From Candidatus Multivoradales bacterium (GTDB lineage Bacteria; Acidobacteriota; Thermoanaerobaculia; Multivoradales; Multivoraceae), in the NCBI GenBank assembly GCA_965223325.1, contig CBDCWI010000002.1:3648001-3712000 (forward strand): a DNA stretch of 64,000 nucleotides, given 5' to 3'. Below the pieces are notes generated by a model that did not search any database, had not been told where the DNA came from, and saw only the letters and a program-made list of their open reading frames with translations. This document shows positions 1-9,573 of the stretch, one piece after another. The position numbers were made by a program, and so were the translations under genes. Position 1 is the stretch's first letter, and the number at the start of each line of letters is the position of its first letter.

Positions 1-699
1 GTTGCCGTCTTCGACTTCGGTTGTATGCCAGCCGTAGGCCTGGTAGCGCGCACAGACGTCTTCGCTCATCGACATCGAAAGCGGGCCGTCGATGGTGATC
101 TGGTTGGCGTCGTAGATGACATTCAGTTTGCCGAGCTCGAGGTGCCCGGCCAGTGAACTCGCTTCGCTGGCAATGCCTTCTTGAATGTCGCCGTCGCTGG
201 CCAGCACCCAGGTGCGGTTGTCGAAGATGGCGTGTTCGGCGGTGTTGAAGCGCTCGGCGAGGAGGCGTTCCGCGAGCGCCATGCCGACGGCGGTCGCCAG
301 GCCCTGACCGAGCGGGCCGGTGGTGGTTTCAACACCTGCGGTGTGGCCGTACTCCGGGTGACCGGGGGTCTTGCTGCCGAGTTGGCGGAAGTTCTGCAGC
401 TCCTCGATCGACAGGTCGTAGCCGGCGAGATGCAAGAGCCCATAGAGGAGAGCCGAAGCGTGCCCGCACGACAAGACGAAGCGATCGCGGTTCATCCACT
501 GCGGTGCAGAAGGGTCGAAGCGAAGGAAGTGTCGCCACAGCAAGTAGGCCGCAGCTGCCTGGCCCATGGGGGCACCAGGGTGACCGCTGTTGGCACGTTC
601 GACCATGTCGACGGCGAGAAAGCGCAGGGTGTCGATGGCGATCGAATCGAGGGGGGACGCGACGAAGGCGTCCGAATCCGCGTTGCAGCGGTCCGGCAT
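1..699 (-). CDS. tkt: Transketolase, N-terminal part (runs off the window edge)
   Basis: Hand translation from ATG at 699 gives [46 protein letters not shown], with later [11 protein letters not shown] and [11 protein letters not shown]-binding motifs. Confidence 0.95.
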   Translation of the reverse strand, partial: MPDRCNADSDAFVASPLDSIAIDTLRFLAVDMVERANSGHPGAPMGQAAAAYLLWRHFLRFDPSAPQWMNRDRFVLSCGHASALLYGLLHLAGYDLSIEELQNFRQLGSKTPGHPEYGHTAGVETTTGPLGQGLATAVGMALAERLLAERFNTAEHAIFDNRTWVLASDGDIQEGIASEASSLAGHLELGKLNVIYDANQITIDGPLSMSMSEDVCARYQAYGWHTTEVEDGN

Positions 700-789
700 G
701 CGGCGAGCTCCGAGTCAGTGCTGTGGGTACGGTGGAAAGGTGCGCGCAGTGTACAACGCAGCGAAACGCACGAGGCCAGGCAGCTGCCC

Positions 790-868
790 ACCAAGCAATC
801 TGCCGCAGGCGCAAGCGAAGCGAGCGCTAGACCAAGCAATGGGTCGCAGGCGCAAGCGAAGCGAGCGC
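790..868. repeat. Two-copy 41-bp-period tandem repeat (ACCAAGCAAT-N4-CGCAGGCGCAAGCGAAGCGAGCGC)
   Basis: Copies at 790-827 and 831-868, between the tRNA-Ser 3' end and tkt. Confidence 0.8.
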
Positions 869-972
869 CCCCACCAGCTTTCCGAGAGGGAGGGATTCGA
901 TGCATGCGTTTCAGCCGAAGGCTGAACCGCACCACTGAAGCCCTCACTCGCCGACAGCACGCCGGAGGCGTG

Positions 973-1065
<93 letters not shown>

Positions 1066-1126
1066 GTTTTTCGGTGTCAAAAAAGCCGGCGACTGAGTCC
1101 GCACTGGCTTACCGAAGGGACGCGCG

Positions 1127-1155
1127 ATTCTACGGCGGTGCCTTGGCCCCGGCAA
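1127..1155 (-). promoter_or_regulatory. Sigma70 promoter of tRNA-Ser
   Basis: TTGCCG-17 bp-TAGAAT followed by a GC-rich discriminator (CGCGCG). Confidence 0.6.
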
Positions 1156-1200
1156 GCGGCAGCACCGAGGGCTCTCGCGCCCGATCTCCAACGACCCGTA

Positions 1201-1230
1201 TTGACCACACGGAAGCGGGAGCGCTATCCT
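1201..1230 (+). promoter_or_regulatory. Sigma70 promoter of tRNA-Gln
   Basis: TTGACC-18 bp-TATCCT, 26 bp upstream of the tRNA. Confidence 0.55.
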
Positions 1231-1256
1231 CACTCGCCGCCCGAAGCGGTGGTTGC

Positions 1257-1330
1257 TGGGACGTCGTCTAATGGTAGGACATGCGGCTCTGGACCGTAGA
1301 ATCGGGGTTCGAATCCCTGCGTCCCAACCA
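1257..1330 (+). tRNA. tRNA-Gln (CTG)
   Basis: TGGGACG acceptor stem, CT-CTG-GA anticodon loop, GGTTCGAATCC, CCA end. Confidence 0.97.
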
Positions 1331-1634
1331 GTGCCACTCCCACCAAGCCCTGAATCCCTCCGCTGAGGTCGAGTCGCGCACGGGCAGCGCTCTCGAGGAT
1401 CATCGACCGCTCGGCCCCAGAAAACCCCAGACTCAAGGCGCTTGCTGGCTATTGGCGGTGTGTCATATGGCTACAGCCCCTGCGGGTCGGCCCTCAGGGA
1501 ATCGTCAGGGTCATGGTTCGCCCGTCGTGCCGCCGGTGGTGCCTCCGGTACCGGAGCAGGAGCCCGAGCCCCGCGGAATCTCCTGGGTGACCCGAGCGCG
1601 CCTGGGTAGCGCGGGTGCTACCGCCTTCGGAGTT

Positions 1635-2909
1635 CTACTTGAGCTCTTCCAGGGTGACGCCCAGTCTTTCATCGCGGTCCTCGCGGCGCACCGTCACGGT
1701 TACGGTGTCTCCTGCTCGGTAGTTCTCCAGGGCCAGGAAGAGGTCGCGGGTTGAGGTCACTGGGTAGTCCTCGATGCCGACGATGATGTCGCCGAGCAGA
1801 ATGCCGCGGCGGGTCTGGGTTGCTGGTCTGAGTCCAGCTCTTGCTGCTGCTGAACCAGGTTCTACTGCTGCGATGCCCACGCCGGAGATGCCGTAGCGGC
1901 GTAGGAAGGCGTCGTTCAGAAGGTTGACCCCGAGGACGGGGCGGCGGACCTTCCCGTAGCGGATGATGTCGGAGACCACCCAGCTCACCGTGTCTACCGG
2001 AATCGCGAAGCCGATACCGCTCGAGGAGCCGCTGGTGCTGTAGATCTGGGTGTTGACACCTACCAGTCGGCCGCGGCTGTCGAGGAGGGGGCCGCCGGAG
2101 TTGCCGGGGTTGATTGCCGCGTCTGTCTGGATGACGTCGGTGATCGGGCGTTGGTCCAGCGACTCGATCTCGCGGCCCAGGGCGGAGATCACGCCGGTCG
2201 TGAGGGTGTGGTCGAGGCCGAACGGGTTGCCAATCGCGAGCACCGATTGGCCTACGACCAGGTCGCCCGAGCGGCCGACGGTGATCGGGGGGAGCTTCTT
2301 TCTGGGGGCGTCGATCTTGAGCACTGCCAGGTCCTTGCCGGGCTCGGCGCCGACGTACTCGGCGCGCCAGATGCTGCCGTCGGAGAGGGTCACCTGGGTG
2401 TCTCGCACGCGGCGGCGGCGGGGATCGTAGACGACGTGGAAATTGGTGACGATGTGGCCGCGATCGTCCCATACGAAGCCGGTACCGGAGCCGCTGGCCA
2501 CCTCGACGATGCGCATGGTGAAGCGGTCGCGACGTTGCTCGATGGTGTCGATATTGACGACGGCAGGTGCGGCCTCTCTGAAGAGCTCGATGGTGCGCCG
2601 CTCAGCAGCGGTAAGGCCCTCGGGAATCGTCTCGGGATCGGGGTCGCGCGCCAGCTGCTGAGCGGCGCCGCTGGCGCCGGCGGTACTGACCGCGACGGGG
2701 AGTGTGTTGGCGCTCGGCGTTTCGCCTCCCTTGAAGAGGCCGCTCGCTACGCCGCCGGAGCGGCCGATGAAGAAGGCCAGGGCGATGACCGCGGCGAGGG
2801 CCGCGAGGCGGGCCGGGAGGAGCCAGGGTCGGGCGGCACCCTTCTCGGAAGCTGTCCCGGGCTCGCGTTCGACTGGCGAGAGGGCTGGTGTCTGGTAGTC
2901 GTTCATCAT
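1635..2909 (-). CDS. HtrA/DegP-family trypsin-like serine protease with PDZ domain
   Basis: N-terminal TM segment, GSGTGF, TNFHV, IQTDAAINPGNSGGPL, C-terminal PDZ. Confidence 0.93.
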   Translation of the reverse strand: MMNDYQTPALSPVEREPGTASEKGAARPWLLPARLAALAAVIALAFFIGRSGGVASGLFKGGETPSANTLPVAVSTAGASGAAQQLARDPDPETIPEGLTAAERRTIELFREAAPAVVNIDTIEQRRDRFTMRIVEVASGSGTGFVWDDRGHIVTNFHVVYDPRRRRVRDTQVTLSDGSIWRAEYVGAEPGKDLAVLKIDAPRKKLPPITVGRSGDLVVGQSVLAIGNPFGLDHTLTTGVISALGREIESLDQRPITDVIQTDAAINPGNSGGPLLDSRGRLVGVNTQIYSTSGSSSGIGFAIPVDTVSWVVSDIIRYGKVRRPVLGVNLLNDAFLRRYGISGVGIAAVEPGSAAARAGLRPATQTRRGILLGDIIVGIEDYPVTSTRDLFLALENYRAGDTVTVTVRREDRDERLGVTLEELK

Positions 2910-3010
2910 GTTGTGACCCTGGTTGAACGTCGGGAGCCGGGAACACCTATCCTATGGCGACGTAGGGGGCTCTGCCGCCCCGTTCGCTTCCCTGGAGAAA
3001 TACGTCACCG

Positions 3011-4708
3011 ATGACCGAGAATTCCGGCTATCTGAAAGCCGCTCGCCTGGCCTGGGCGGGGTTGCCTGGGCTCGGCGAGGAGATCGAGCAGCGCGCGAGT
3101 GCGTGGTCAGCCCGGGACGGCACGGCGCGTCTCTTCGCACGTGACGCTCAATTGTTCACCGGGCGCGGAGAAGACCGTTGGCTGGGTTGGTTGGACCTGC
3201 CGGCCACCTCTTCGCACGCTCTTCGTGTGCCCGAGAGCGCGCGTTCGGTGCTGCTGCTTGGCATGGGCGGTTCGAGCCTGGGGGCGGAGATGTTGGTTCA
3301 GTCGCTAGCGACGGGCGAAAGGGAGCTTTCGGTTCTCGATAGCACCAACCCGGGGACGGTCGCGGCTGCCCTCGCAGCCCTCGATCCGGTGCGTACAGTG
3401 GTGGTCGTTGCGAGCAAGTCGGGCGGCACGCTCGAGACCCGGGTCCTCTTCGAAGTCGTCTGGCAGTGGCTGGAGAATTCGGGGGGGGTTTCTAGTGAGC
3501 AGTTGATCGGGGTGACCGATCCGGGTTCGGCACTCGAGCGATTGGTCGACGAGCGCGGTGGGCAGGTCGTCCATGGCGACCCGGAGATCGGTGGGCGGTT
3601 CTCGGTCCTATCGCCCTTTGGGTTGGTGGCTGCCGAGCTCTGCGGGGTCGACACAAGCCGGCTGCTGCAACAGGCCGGGCGAGCGCTGGTGAGTTGCCGG
3701 GTCGATCGACCTTGGGACAATCCCGGTGTTGCGTTGGGTCTGGTTCTGGCTGCCGCGCAACGAATGGGGCGCTGGATCCTGCCGATGGCGACGACCGATC
3801 TGGGCCCTGCCCTGGCCCCGTGGATTGAACAGTTGGTCGCCGAATCGACGGGCAAGGGAGGCCGGGCCGTCTTGCCCGTGGTTGCGGTGCATCCGTTGGG
3901 TGGTGGGCGGCCGGAAAACGAACTAGCGCTGCACCTCTTGTCCGAAGCGCCGGAGGAGCCAGGGGCGCTGGAGCGCGATGGCGGAGCGGAGCTTCGGGTC
4001 TGGCCGGTCGAGCCTTCTGACATCGCGAGTGAGATCGTACGTTGGCAGGTTGCGACCGCAGTTCTAGGGGCCGAGATGGAGCTCGACCCATTCACGCAGC
4101 CTGATGTCGAGTCGGCCAAGATCAAGACCCGAGAGATCTCGGACGAAGTCCGTCTGCTCGGCGGTCAGCCTCCCGAAGACGTCCTCCTTGCAATCGACGG
4201 TGGTGACGCGGGTCGCGGTGAGCTCCGCCTACCTCTCGGTGCCGAAACGCCGACCGCGGCGCCGCGGCGCGAGCTCTCCGAGCTTCTTCTGGACTGGCTC
4301 GAACCGGCTCCTACCTACGTTGCCCTGCTCTCGTTCTTGCCCGAGATGGCGCCCGTGCGTGCTCTCTTCGAGCGACTGGCGGCGGCGTTGGCAGAGCGCA
4401 CGGGCACGGTGTGCGCGCTCAACTGGGGGCCGCGCTACCTTCACTCCACCGGTCAGGCGCACAAGGGCGGACCGCTCGAGGGTGCCTTCCTGGTGGTAAC
4501 CGCGAACCGTGATCGTGATCACCAGATTCCGGGCGACACGTTGACTCTGGGAAACGTTTGCGATGCACAGGCGATCGCCGATGCAGCGGTCCTGGGGGAG
4601 CGCGGGCAACGGGTCCTGCGTCTGCACCTCGACGACGCTCTGGTGCTGGAGGAGGTGATCCGGGCGCTCGAGGAGCCCACCGATGGGGGGCGCCGCGTTC
4701 CCGGCTAG
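3011..4708 (+). CDS. pgi: Glucose-6-phosphate isomerase-like SIS protein (PGI module of the Tal/Pgi type)
   Basis: GMGGSSLG, SKSGGTLET, IGGRFS, EQLVAESTGK, FTQPDVESAK and GPRYLHSTGQ motifs. Confidence 0.8.
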   Translation: MTENSGYLKAARLAWAGLPGLGEEIEQRASAWSARDGTARLFARDAQLFTGRGEDRWLGWLDLPATSSHALRVPESARSVLLLGMGGSSLGAEMLVQSLATGERELSVLDSTNPGTVAAALAALDPVRTVVVVASKSGGTLETRVLFEVVWQWLENSGGVSSEQLIGVTDPGSALERLVDERGGQVVHGDPEIGGRFSVLSPFGLVAAELCGVDTSRLLQQAGRALVSCRVDRPWDNPGVALGLVLAAAQRMGRWILPMATTDLGPALAPWIEQLVAESTGKGGRAVLPVVAVHPLGGGRPENELALHLLSEAPEEPGALERDGGAELRVWPVEPSDIASEIVRWQVATAVLGAEMELDPFTQPDVESAKIKTREISDEVRLLGGQPPEDVLLAIDGGDAGRGELRLPLGAETPTAAPRRELSELLLDWLEPAPTYVALLSFLPEMAPVRALFERLAAALAERTGTVCALNWGPRYLHSTGQAHKGGPLEGAFLVVTANRDRDHQIPGDTLTLGNVCDAQAIADAAVLGERGQRVLRLHLDDALVLEEVIRALEEPTDGGRRVPG

Positions 4709-4712
4709 GACC

Positions 4713-6125
4713 CTACGGCCGGACCGCTCCCCGCAGGAGCACCAGAGCTTCTTCGAACTCGGTGTCCGGCCAGGGCGCAACAACCGGGTCCTTCCAGCCG
4801 TCGTCCTCGGTGGTCGTAAAGTGCACTTCCCCTTCGTCTCCTCCCCAGGCAAGTAGGACGGACGCACCGTCCTCGGAGAGGAGCATCGAGGGTCGACCCT
4901 CGAAAGGCGGCGCCGGTCGATCGGAGATCACGCAGATGTCGAGCTGGTGTAGTGGCGCCTCGGCCGAGGGGCCGTCTTCCCCGAGATGCACGATCGAGCA
5001 CGCGTGGCCTTCGGGCTCCATCTCGCCGTCGAGGATCGAGGCGCCGGAATCGATGATCCGATCCCAGACACGCCCTGCGATGTCGTCGAGGTTCTCCGAG
5101 GAGAAGTCGGGGCCGTAGGCGAGGATTTCGTCGTACGACTCGCTGGCGATGTAGGAGCGCACGCCACTGTGGAAGCGAGCGCCAACCAGCACGATGGTGC
5201 CGCGAACCTCTTCGGCGAGGCTGAGGATGCTGCCTTCGACTTGAGTGTTGGCACCCACCAGCACGATCGTGCCGCGCACCGAGTCGGCGAGATCCTGGAG
5301 CGCCGTGGGTAGAAGGCGCAGGCGGAGAACGAGAATGCGACCATCGGTGCGCCGGGGCACCGCGACAACGACGGAGTGGCCGTCCGTTCCCGGCTCGAGG
5401 GCCGGGCGGCGCCAGAGCTCACCGCTTTGCGCTTCCCCGTCGGGGTCGATCGCGGTGCGGTCGTCGAGACGCACGACCGGGTTCCACCCCAGGTAACTGC
5501 CACCGTTGACCACGATGGGCGAGTACCAGGTGCTCTCTGTGCCCTCGACGTCGACTTCCTGCCACACGATGTGCACCACCGTGCGATCGACCTCTGGATC
5601 TGCGTCGCGGGTGACGGTAACCAGTGGCGCGAGCATCTCGCTGCCGTCGCCTGAGGAGTGACCGGCAAGTTCGATCGTCTCTCCCCAGCCGTCTTGTGGC
5701 GCGCCGCCGGGTGCCCAGGACGCGAGGTGGATGCCTTGGACGACGCCTCCACTCGACGCGGTCCAGAGAGCGAACAGGCGGTCGCTTCCCGGGTCGGCAA
5801 TCAGGATCTGGTTCGCCTCGGCACCCCCGGAATCGGTCCCCGGGACCAGAGTACGGGTGACCGTGCTGCCCTCGTGCACGTCGAAGGCGAGAACCTGACG
5901 GCCCGGCGGCAGGCCGTGGCCGCCGTTGGGGAAGAGTTCACCGTAGGTTCCTCTTTCGAGATGAAACAGCTTGCCGTCGCCGAAAGCGGTGTCACTCTGC
6001 GCGCTCGCCGGCGCCGCTGCAAGAGGCAACACCGCCAGCAGGAACACCAGACACGCCAGGCCCACGGGCCACCGGCCAGCGCTCGGGCGGGGGTTCTCGG
6101 GTTGGTGGTTCGTTCCGGAGAGCAT
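4713..6125 (-). CDS. Exported hypothetical protein with a duplicated VRGTIVLVGA motif
   Basis: Sec-type signal peptide (…APASAQ), 470-aa ORF, starts 5 bp after the TPR gene stop. Confidence 0.75.
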   Translation of the reverse strand: MLSGTNHQPENPRPSAGRWPVGLACLVFLLAVLPLAAAPASAQSDTAFGDGKLFHLERGTYGELFPNGGHGLPPGRQVLAFDVHEGSTVTRTLVPGTDSGGAEANQILIADPGSDRLFALWTASSGGVVQGIHLASWAPGGAPQDGWGETIELAGHSSGDGSEMLAPLVTVTRDADPEVDRTVVHIVWQEVDVEGTESTWYSPIVVNGGSYLGWNPVVRLDDRTAIDPDGEAQSGELWRRPALEPGTDGHSVVVAVPRRTDGRILVLRLRLLPTALQDLADSVRGTIVLVGANTQVEGSILSLAEEVRGTIVLVGARFHSGVRSYIASESYDEILAYGPDFSSENLDDIAGRVWDRIIDSGASILDGEMEPEGHACSIVHLGEDGPSAEAPLHQLDICVISDRPAPPFEGRPSMLLSEDGASVLLAWGGDEGEVHFTTTEDDGWKDPVVAPWPDTEFEEALVLLRGAVRP

Positions 6126-6130
6126 CGAAG

Positions 6131-7099
6131 CTAGGCCTTGAGGTTGATCATCTTCGAGACGTCGATCGCCATCAGGATTTCAGGCAGCTGCTCCGACTCT
6201 GGGAAGTAGCGGTCCTGCAGCACGGTGAACTGATTCAGAGCTTCGTCGTAGTCGCCCAGCTGGTGATAAGCCTCGCCGAGCAGGAAGAGCGCGTGCTTGG
6301 TGCAGCGATCGTCTTCGAACTCATCGGCCAGGGCGAGCACGCGCGCTCCGTGACGCAGGGAGCTCGCGACCTTTCCGACTTCGAGGTAGCCGTAGGCGAG
6401 GCTGAGGCGCGGGTAGGCCTCGAAGGCCTTCGCACCGAGGCGTTGGAGGGTGCGTAGCGCTTCGAAGACGAGGGCGAAACCCTCGCTCATCCGGCCTTCG
6501 ATGAAGCGGCAGTAGCCGAGATTGTCGTGCATCAGCGCGCGCGCTACGGATCTCTCGTCGTCCGTCAGCTCGAGCGAGCGTTCGAAGGCGGCGGCGGCAT
6601 CGTCGAAACGGCTGTCGATCAGGTAGAGATTGCCGAGTTCGTTCTGGATCGCAGCCGTCCATTTGCGTGCCGCGGGTGCGCTCTGGCCATCACGCGGGGC
6701 AACGTTTTCTTCGGCGACCTTGTAGTAGAAGCGCGCCTTCTCGAGGGCGCCGCGGAACTTGTACGCCACGCCGATGTTGTAGGCCGCGAGACAGGCGGTC
6801 TCGGGCTGCGCGGTACGCATCAGAATATCGCGCAGTTCTCGCACGGAGGCGTTCTCGTCTCCCTGGCCCATGCGAACGCTGGCGTGGTTGCAAAAGGCGC
6901 GGTCACGGAGTTCGCGATCTCCTCCTGACAGTGCGGCGTCCATGGCCGCCTCGAAGAGCTCGAGCGCCCGATCGCTGTCGTGCTCGCTCTCGTAGGCAGC
7001 GATCCCCTGCCTCAGGAGATCTTGACCGGACGCTACCCCCGCTCCGTCGGGCCGCTTGCCGCTCTCAACCCTTCTTTCCTCCACAGGCCCCTCCTCCAC
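6131..7099 (-). CDS. Tetratricopeptide-repeat protein
   Basis: Repeated TPR signatures (AAYNIGVAY, IQNELGNLY, HDNLGYC, LFLLGEAY). Confidence 0.85.
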   Translation of the reverse strand: MEEGPVEERRVESGKRPDGAGVASGQDLLRQGIAAYESEHDSDRALELFEAAMDAALSGGDRELRDRAFCNHASVRMGQGDENASVRELRDILMRTAQPETACLAAYNIGVAYKFRGALEKARFYYKVAEENVAPRDGQSAPAARKWTAAIQNELGNLYLIDSRFDDAAAAFERSLELTDDERSVARALMHDNLGYCRFIEGRMSEGFALVFEALRTLQRLGAKAFEAYPRLSLAYGYLEVGKVASSLRHGARVLALADEFEDDRCTKHALFLLGEAYHQLGDYDEALNQFTVLQDRYFPESEQLPEILMAIDVSKMINLKA

Positions 7100-7174
7100 T
7101 GACTAAGACGACCACTCCGTCCGAATCGATGCTGGTGACCCCCTAAGAACTGGGGATCGAATCAAGCAGTCCGC

Positions 7175-7552
7175 TCAACTTTTGCCTGAGCTGCCGGAGG
7201 GCTTTCGCCCGTCCCGCTTGACCTGCTTGAAGCGGATGAACTCCTCGACTTCTTTCTGGTCGCCCCTCGGCAAGGACCGAAAGGACTGAACCAGCTCTAC
7301 ATCGTTGGGGCTCAAAGTGTTACGGGCCATCTCGTCGAAAAACTCACCGATTCCCAAGTCGAACTCGGAGAGAATCTTGAAAAGTGTGTCGAGACTCACC
7401 CGGTACTCGCCTTTTTCCATTCGCGAGAGGTCGGACTGCTGCACCCCGATGCGGGAGGCGAGCTCGTTCTGGGTGAGTTTGTGCTCCTTGCGGAGCTGGC
7501 GGATCTTGCCGCCCACCAGTTTTACCTGGCGAATCTTCCTGGTTGCTGTCAT
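7175..7552 (-). CDS. XRE-family HTH transcriptional regulator
   Basis: ATG at 7552; IRQLRKEHKLTQNELASRIGVQQSDLSRMEKG is a classic HTH_3. Confidence 0.9.
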   Translation of the reverse strand: MTATRKIRQVKLVGGKIRQLRKEHKLTQNELASRIGVQQSDLSRMEKGEYRVSLDTLFKILSEFDLGIGEFFDEMARNTLSPNDVELVQSFRSLPRGDQKEVEEFIRFKQVKRDGRKPSGSSGKS

Positions 7553-7671
7553 TGCGTGACTTTCGGTGTCGTTCGGTTCGTCTCTGGGCCTGGTGGCGAC
7601 GGCGGTCTCGAGGGACCCTCTGCCGCGCACCCGCCACCCGGTGATCGGATGACACAACGGACATCGAACCT

Positions 7672-7690
7672 CCATGCTATTACAGCATGG
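7672..7690. promoter_or_regulatory. Palindromic operator candidate upstream of the XRE gene
   Basis: Perfect CCATGCT-N5-AGCATGG inverted repeat about 120 bp upstream of the XRE start. Confidence 0.55.
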
Positions 7691-7734
7691 GTGATATGTG
7701 AAGGCCGCCGGCCAGGGAACTTTCGCGAAGGCCC

Positions 7735-8931
7735 CTAGAGCACTCGGCCGGCGATCCAGGTGCCGGCGATAAAGGTCCCTGCGATGGAGCCCAGGTTTGC
7801 GAAGACCACGACCAGGAGGACTCGGCAGAGTGGGTTGCTCCAGAAACCCCGTACCGTCGTAATGTCCTCGGGTAGGCGCTCGAGGTCGCCAATCAAGGGG
7901 CGTTTGACCCACGCTTGCACCAGACCCGCGACCCAGCCCGCCGCGACCATCGGGTTGAGGCTGGTGAGTGGGGCGGCGAAGAAGGCCGAGATGACGGTCA
8001 CCGGGTGGCCGAAGGCGAGTGCCGCACCGAGCGCCGAGAGCACCCCGTTGACCAAGAACCAGATACCGACCGATTCGAAGGACTGGTCGCGACTGCCGGT
8101 GACGAAACCCCACGCGAGGAGAGCGATAACAGCGATGGGAATCGCCCATTTGAGAATGCGGGGCACCAGAGACGGCGGCGGCACGGCGGCGAGGGCGCCG
8201 AGCTCGGAGGGCGCTTCGATGTGCTCGACCATGCCGGGGACGTGCCCGGCGCCAACCACCGCGACGACGGTGTCGGCCTGTGTCAAACGCAGCTTCTCGG
8301 CCATCCACACGTCGCGCTCGTCGATCAGCGACTCTTTGACTTCGGGAAAGGCCTGCGCCATCGACGACAGCATGTCTTCGAGTTGGCCCTCTTCTTTGAG
8401 CTGTTCAATCGTCTCGCTGTCGATCTCTTCGCTGATGAAGAGACCACCGATCATTTGCGAGACCGCCTTGAGCTTGGTCCACAGTCCCAGGCCGGCCCAG
8501 GTTCGGCGCAAGGTCACCTGGACGTCGCGGTCGATCAGGCTGAGGCGAGCATGGTTCGTATCCGCCCAGGCGACCGCGGCCTTCATTTCGGCGCCCGGCT
8601 CGGTTCCCAGCTGGTCGGCGATGCGGCGCTGAAAGGCGTTCATCACCAGGTTGGAGAGCATCAGTGGCGCCTTGCCCTCACGCAGCACCTGGAAGACGTC
8701 GAGTTTGCTCCAGCTTTCTGGGTCCGAGAGGTTGCGAAAGCGGGCTTCGCAGAGTTCGACGGCGACCTCGACGGGTGCGACGATGCGCAACGTCTCTTCG
8801 ACATCTTCGACGCTCTGCTGGGAGACGTGCGCGGTGCCAACCAGGTAGATGATGCGTTCGGGCCCCTCCGCTGACAGCGGAGCGAGCTTGATTTGCCGCA
8901 CCGTTCTGGGCAGCTGATCTTCGAACGGCAT
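7735..8931 (-). CDS. TraB/PrgY (pheromone-shutdown) family membrane protein
   Basis: GTAHVS, VAVELC, GAEM, LIDERD, VVGAGH motifs and C-terminal TM helices (APLTSLNP). Confidence 0.9.
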   Translation of the reverse strand: MPFEDQLPRTVRQIKLAPLSAEGPERIIYLVGTAHVSQQSVEDVEETLRIVAPVEVAVELCEARFRNLSDPESWSKLDVFQVLREGKAPLMLSNLVMNAFQRRIADQLGTEPGAEMKAAVAWADTNHARLSLIDRDVQVTLRRTWAGLGLWTKLKAVSQMIGGLFISEEIDSETIEQLKEEGQLEDMLSSMAQAFPEVKESLIDERDVWMAEKLRLTQADTVVAVVGAGHVPGMVEHIEAPSELGALAAVPPPSLVPRILKWAIPIAVIALLAWGFVTGSRDQSFESVGIWFLVNGVLSALGAALAFGHPVTVISAFFAAPLTSLNPMVAAGWVAGLVQAWVKRPLIGDLERLPEDITTVRGFWSNPLCRVLLVVVFANLGSIAGTFIAGTWIAGRVL

Positions 8932-8940
8932 GGGCTGGGG

Positions 8941-9396
8941 TCAGATACGGCCGGCGGTGCGCAGGATCTCGCCGAGAGCCGTGGCTAAGGCCGTTAGGTC
9001 TCGTGAGAGAGTCTGTGCCGCTTCCCCATCGAGGAACTGCAGGGTCGCCTGATCGACTGCCAGATCGGCGTTTTGGCGCCGTGCCGCGAGGAGCACGTGT
9101 CGGGCAATCTGGTCTCCTGTTGACTCGGCTGTTGAGCCCAGGTCCGGGCCACGGATCTCCAGCGTCGAGACGACGAACGGTCGCCGGGTGTCGCGCCCGA
9201 ACAACAGCAGGTCGGGGGTTTCCGCCCTCTCCGTTGCGACGACCGACATCAGGTGGATGTCGGTGTAGGCGATGGGGCCACCGGCCGGATGGTGCAGCTC
9301 GACTTCGTTGGGCCGAACGGTGGCACGTGGAGCGCGTAGTGGTGACCAGGAGAGGCTTCCGCCACGAATCTCGGGATGAACGACTTTGATCTGCAT
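8941..9396 (-). CDS. Hypothetical protein
   Basis: 151-aa ORF from ATG 9396, in tandem with the TraB-family gene. Confidence 0.55.
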   Translation of the reverse strand: MQIKVVHPEIRGGSLSWSPLRAPRATVRPNEVELHHPAGGPIAYTDIHLMSVVATERAETPDLLLFGRDTRRPFVVSTLEIRGPDLGSTAESTGDQIARHVLLAARRQNADLAVDQATLQFLDGEAAQTLSRDLTALATALGEILRTAGRI

Positions 9397-9573
9397 GGAG
9401 GGAGATCGTAGCAGTGGCGGCCGCCGACGGCGACCGCTACGCATCAGAAATCGGGCCCTCGAGAGAGACCGCGACTCGGCCCTCGACGACCTCGGGTTGA
9501 CTGCCCGGCGGAGAATCGATCCGGTATGCTCCGGCCGCTTCCCGGACCCGGTTCCGATGAGCGCCTACGTTCC

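Noticed and set aside
790-868. Possible mini-CRISPR
   Set aside because: Only two units, essentially no spacer, and no cas genes.
7553-8308. N-terminal extension of the XRE ORF to 377 aa
   Set aside because: Overlaps the TraB gene in another frame; the HTH protein starts plausibly at ATG 7552.
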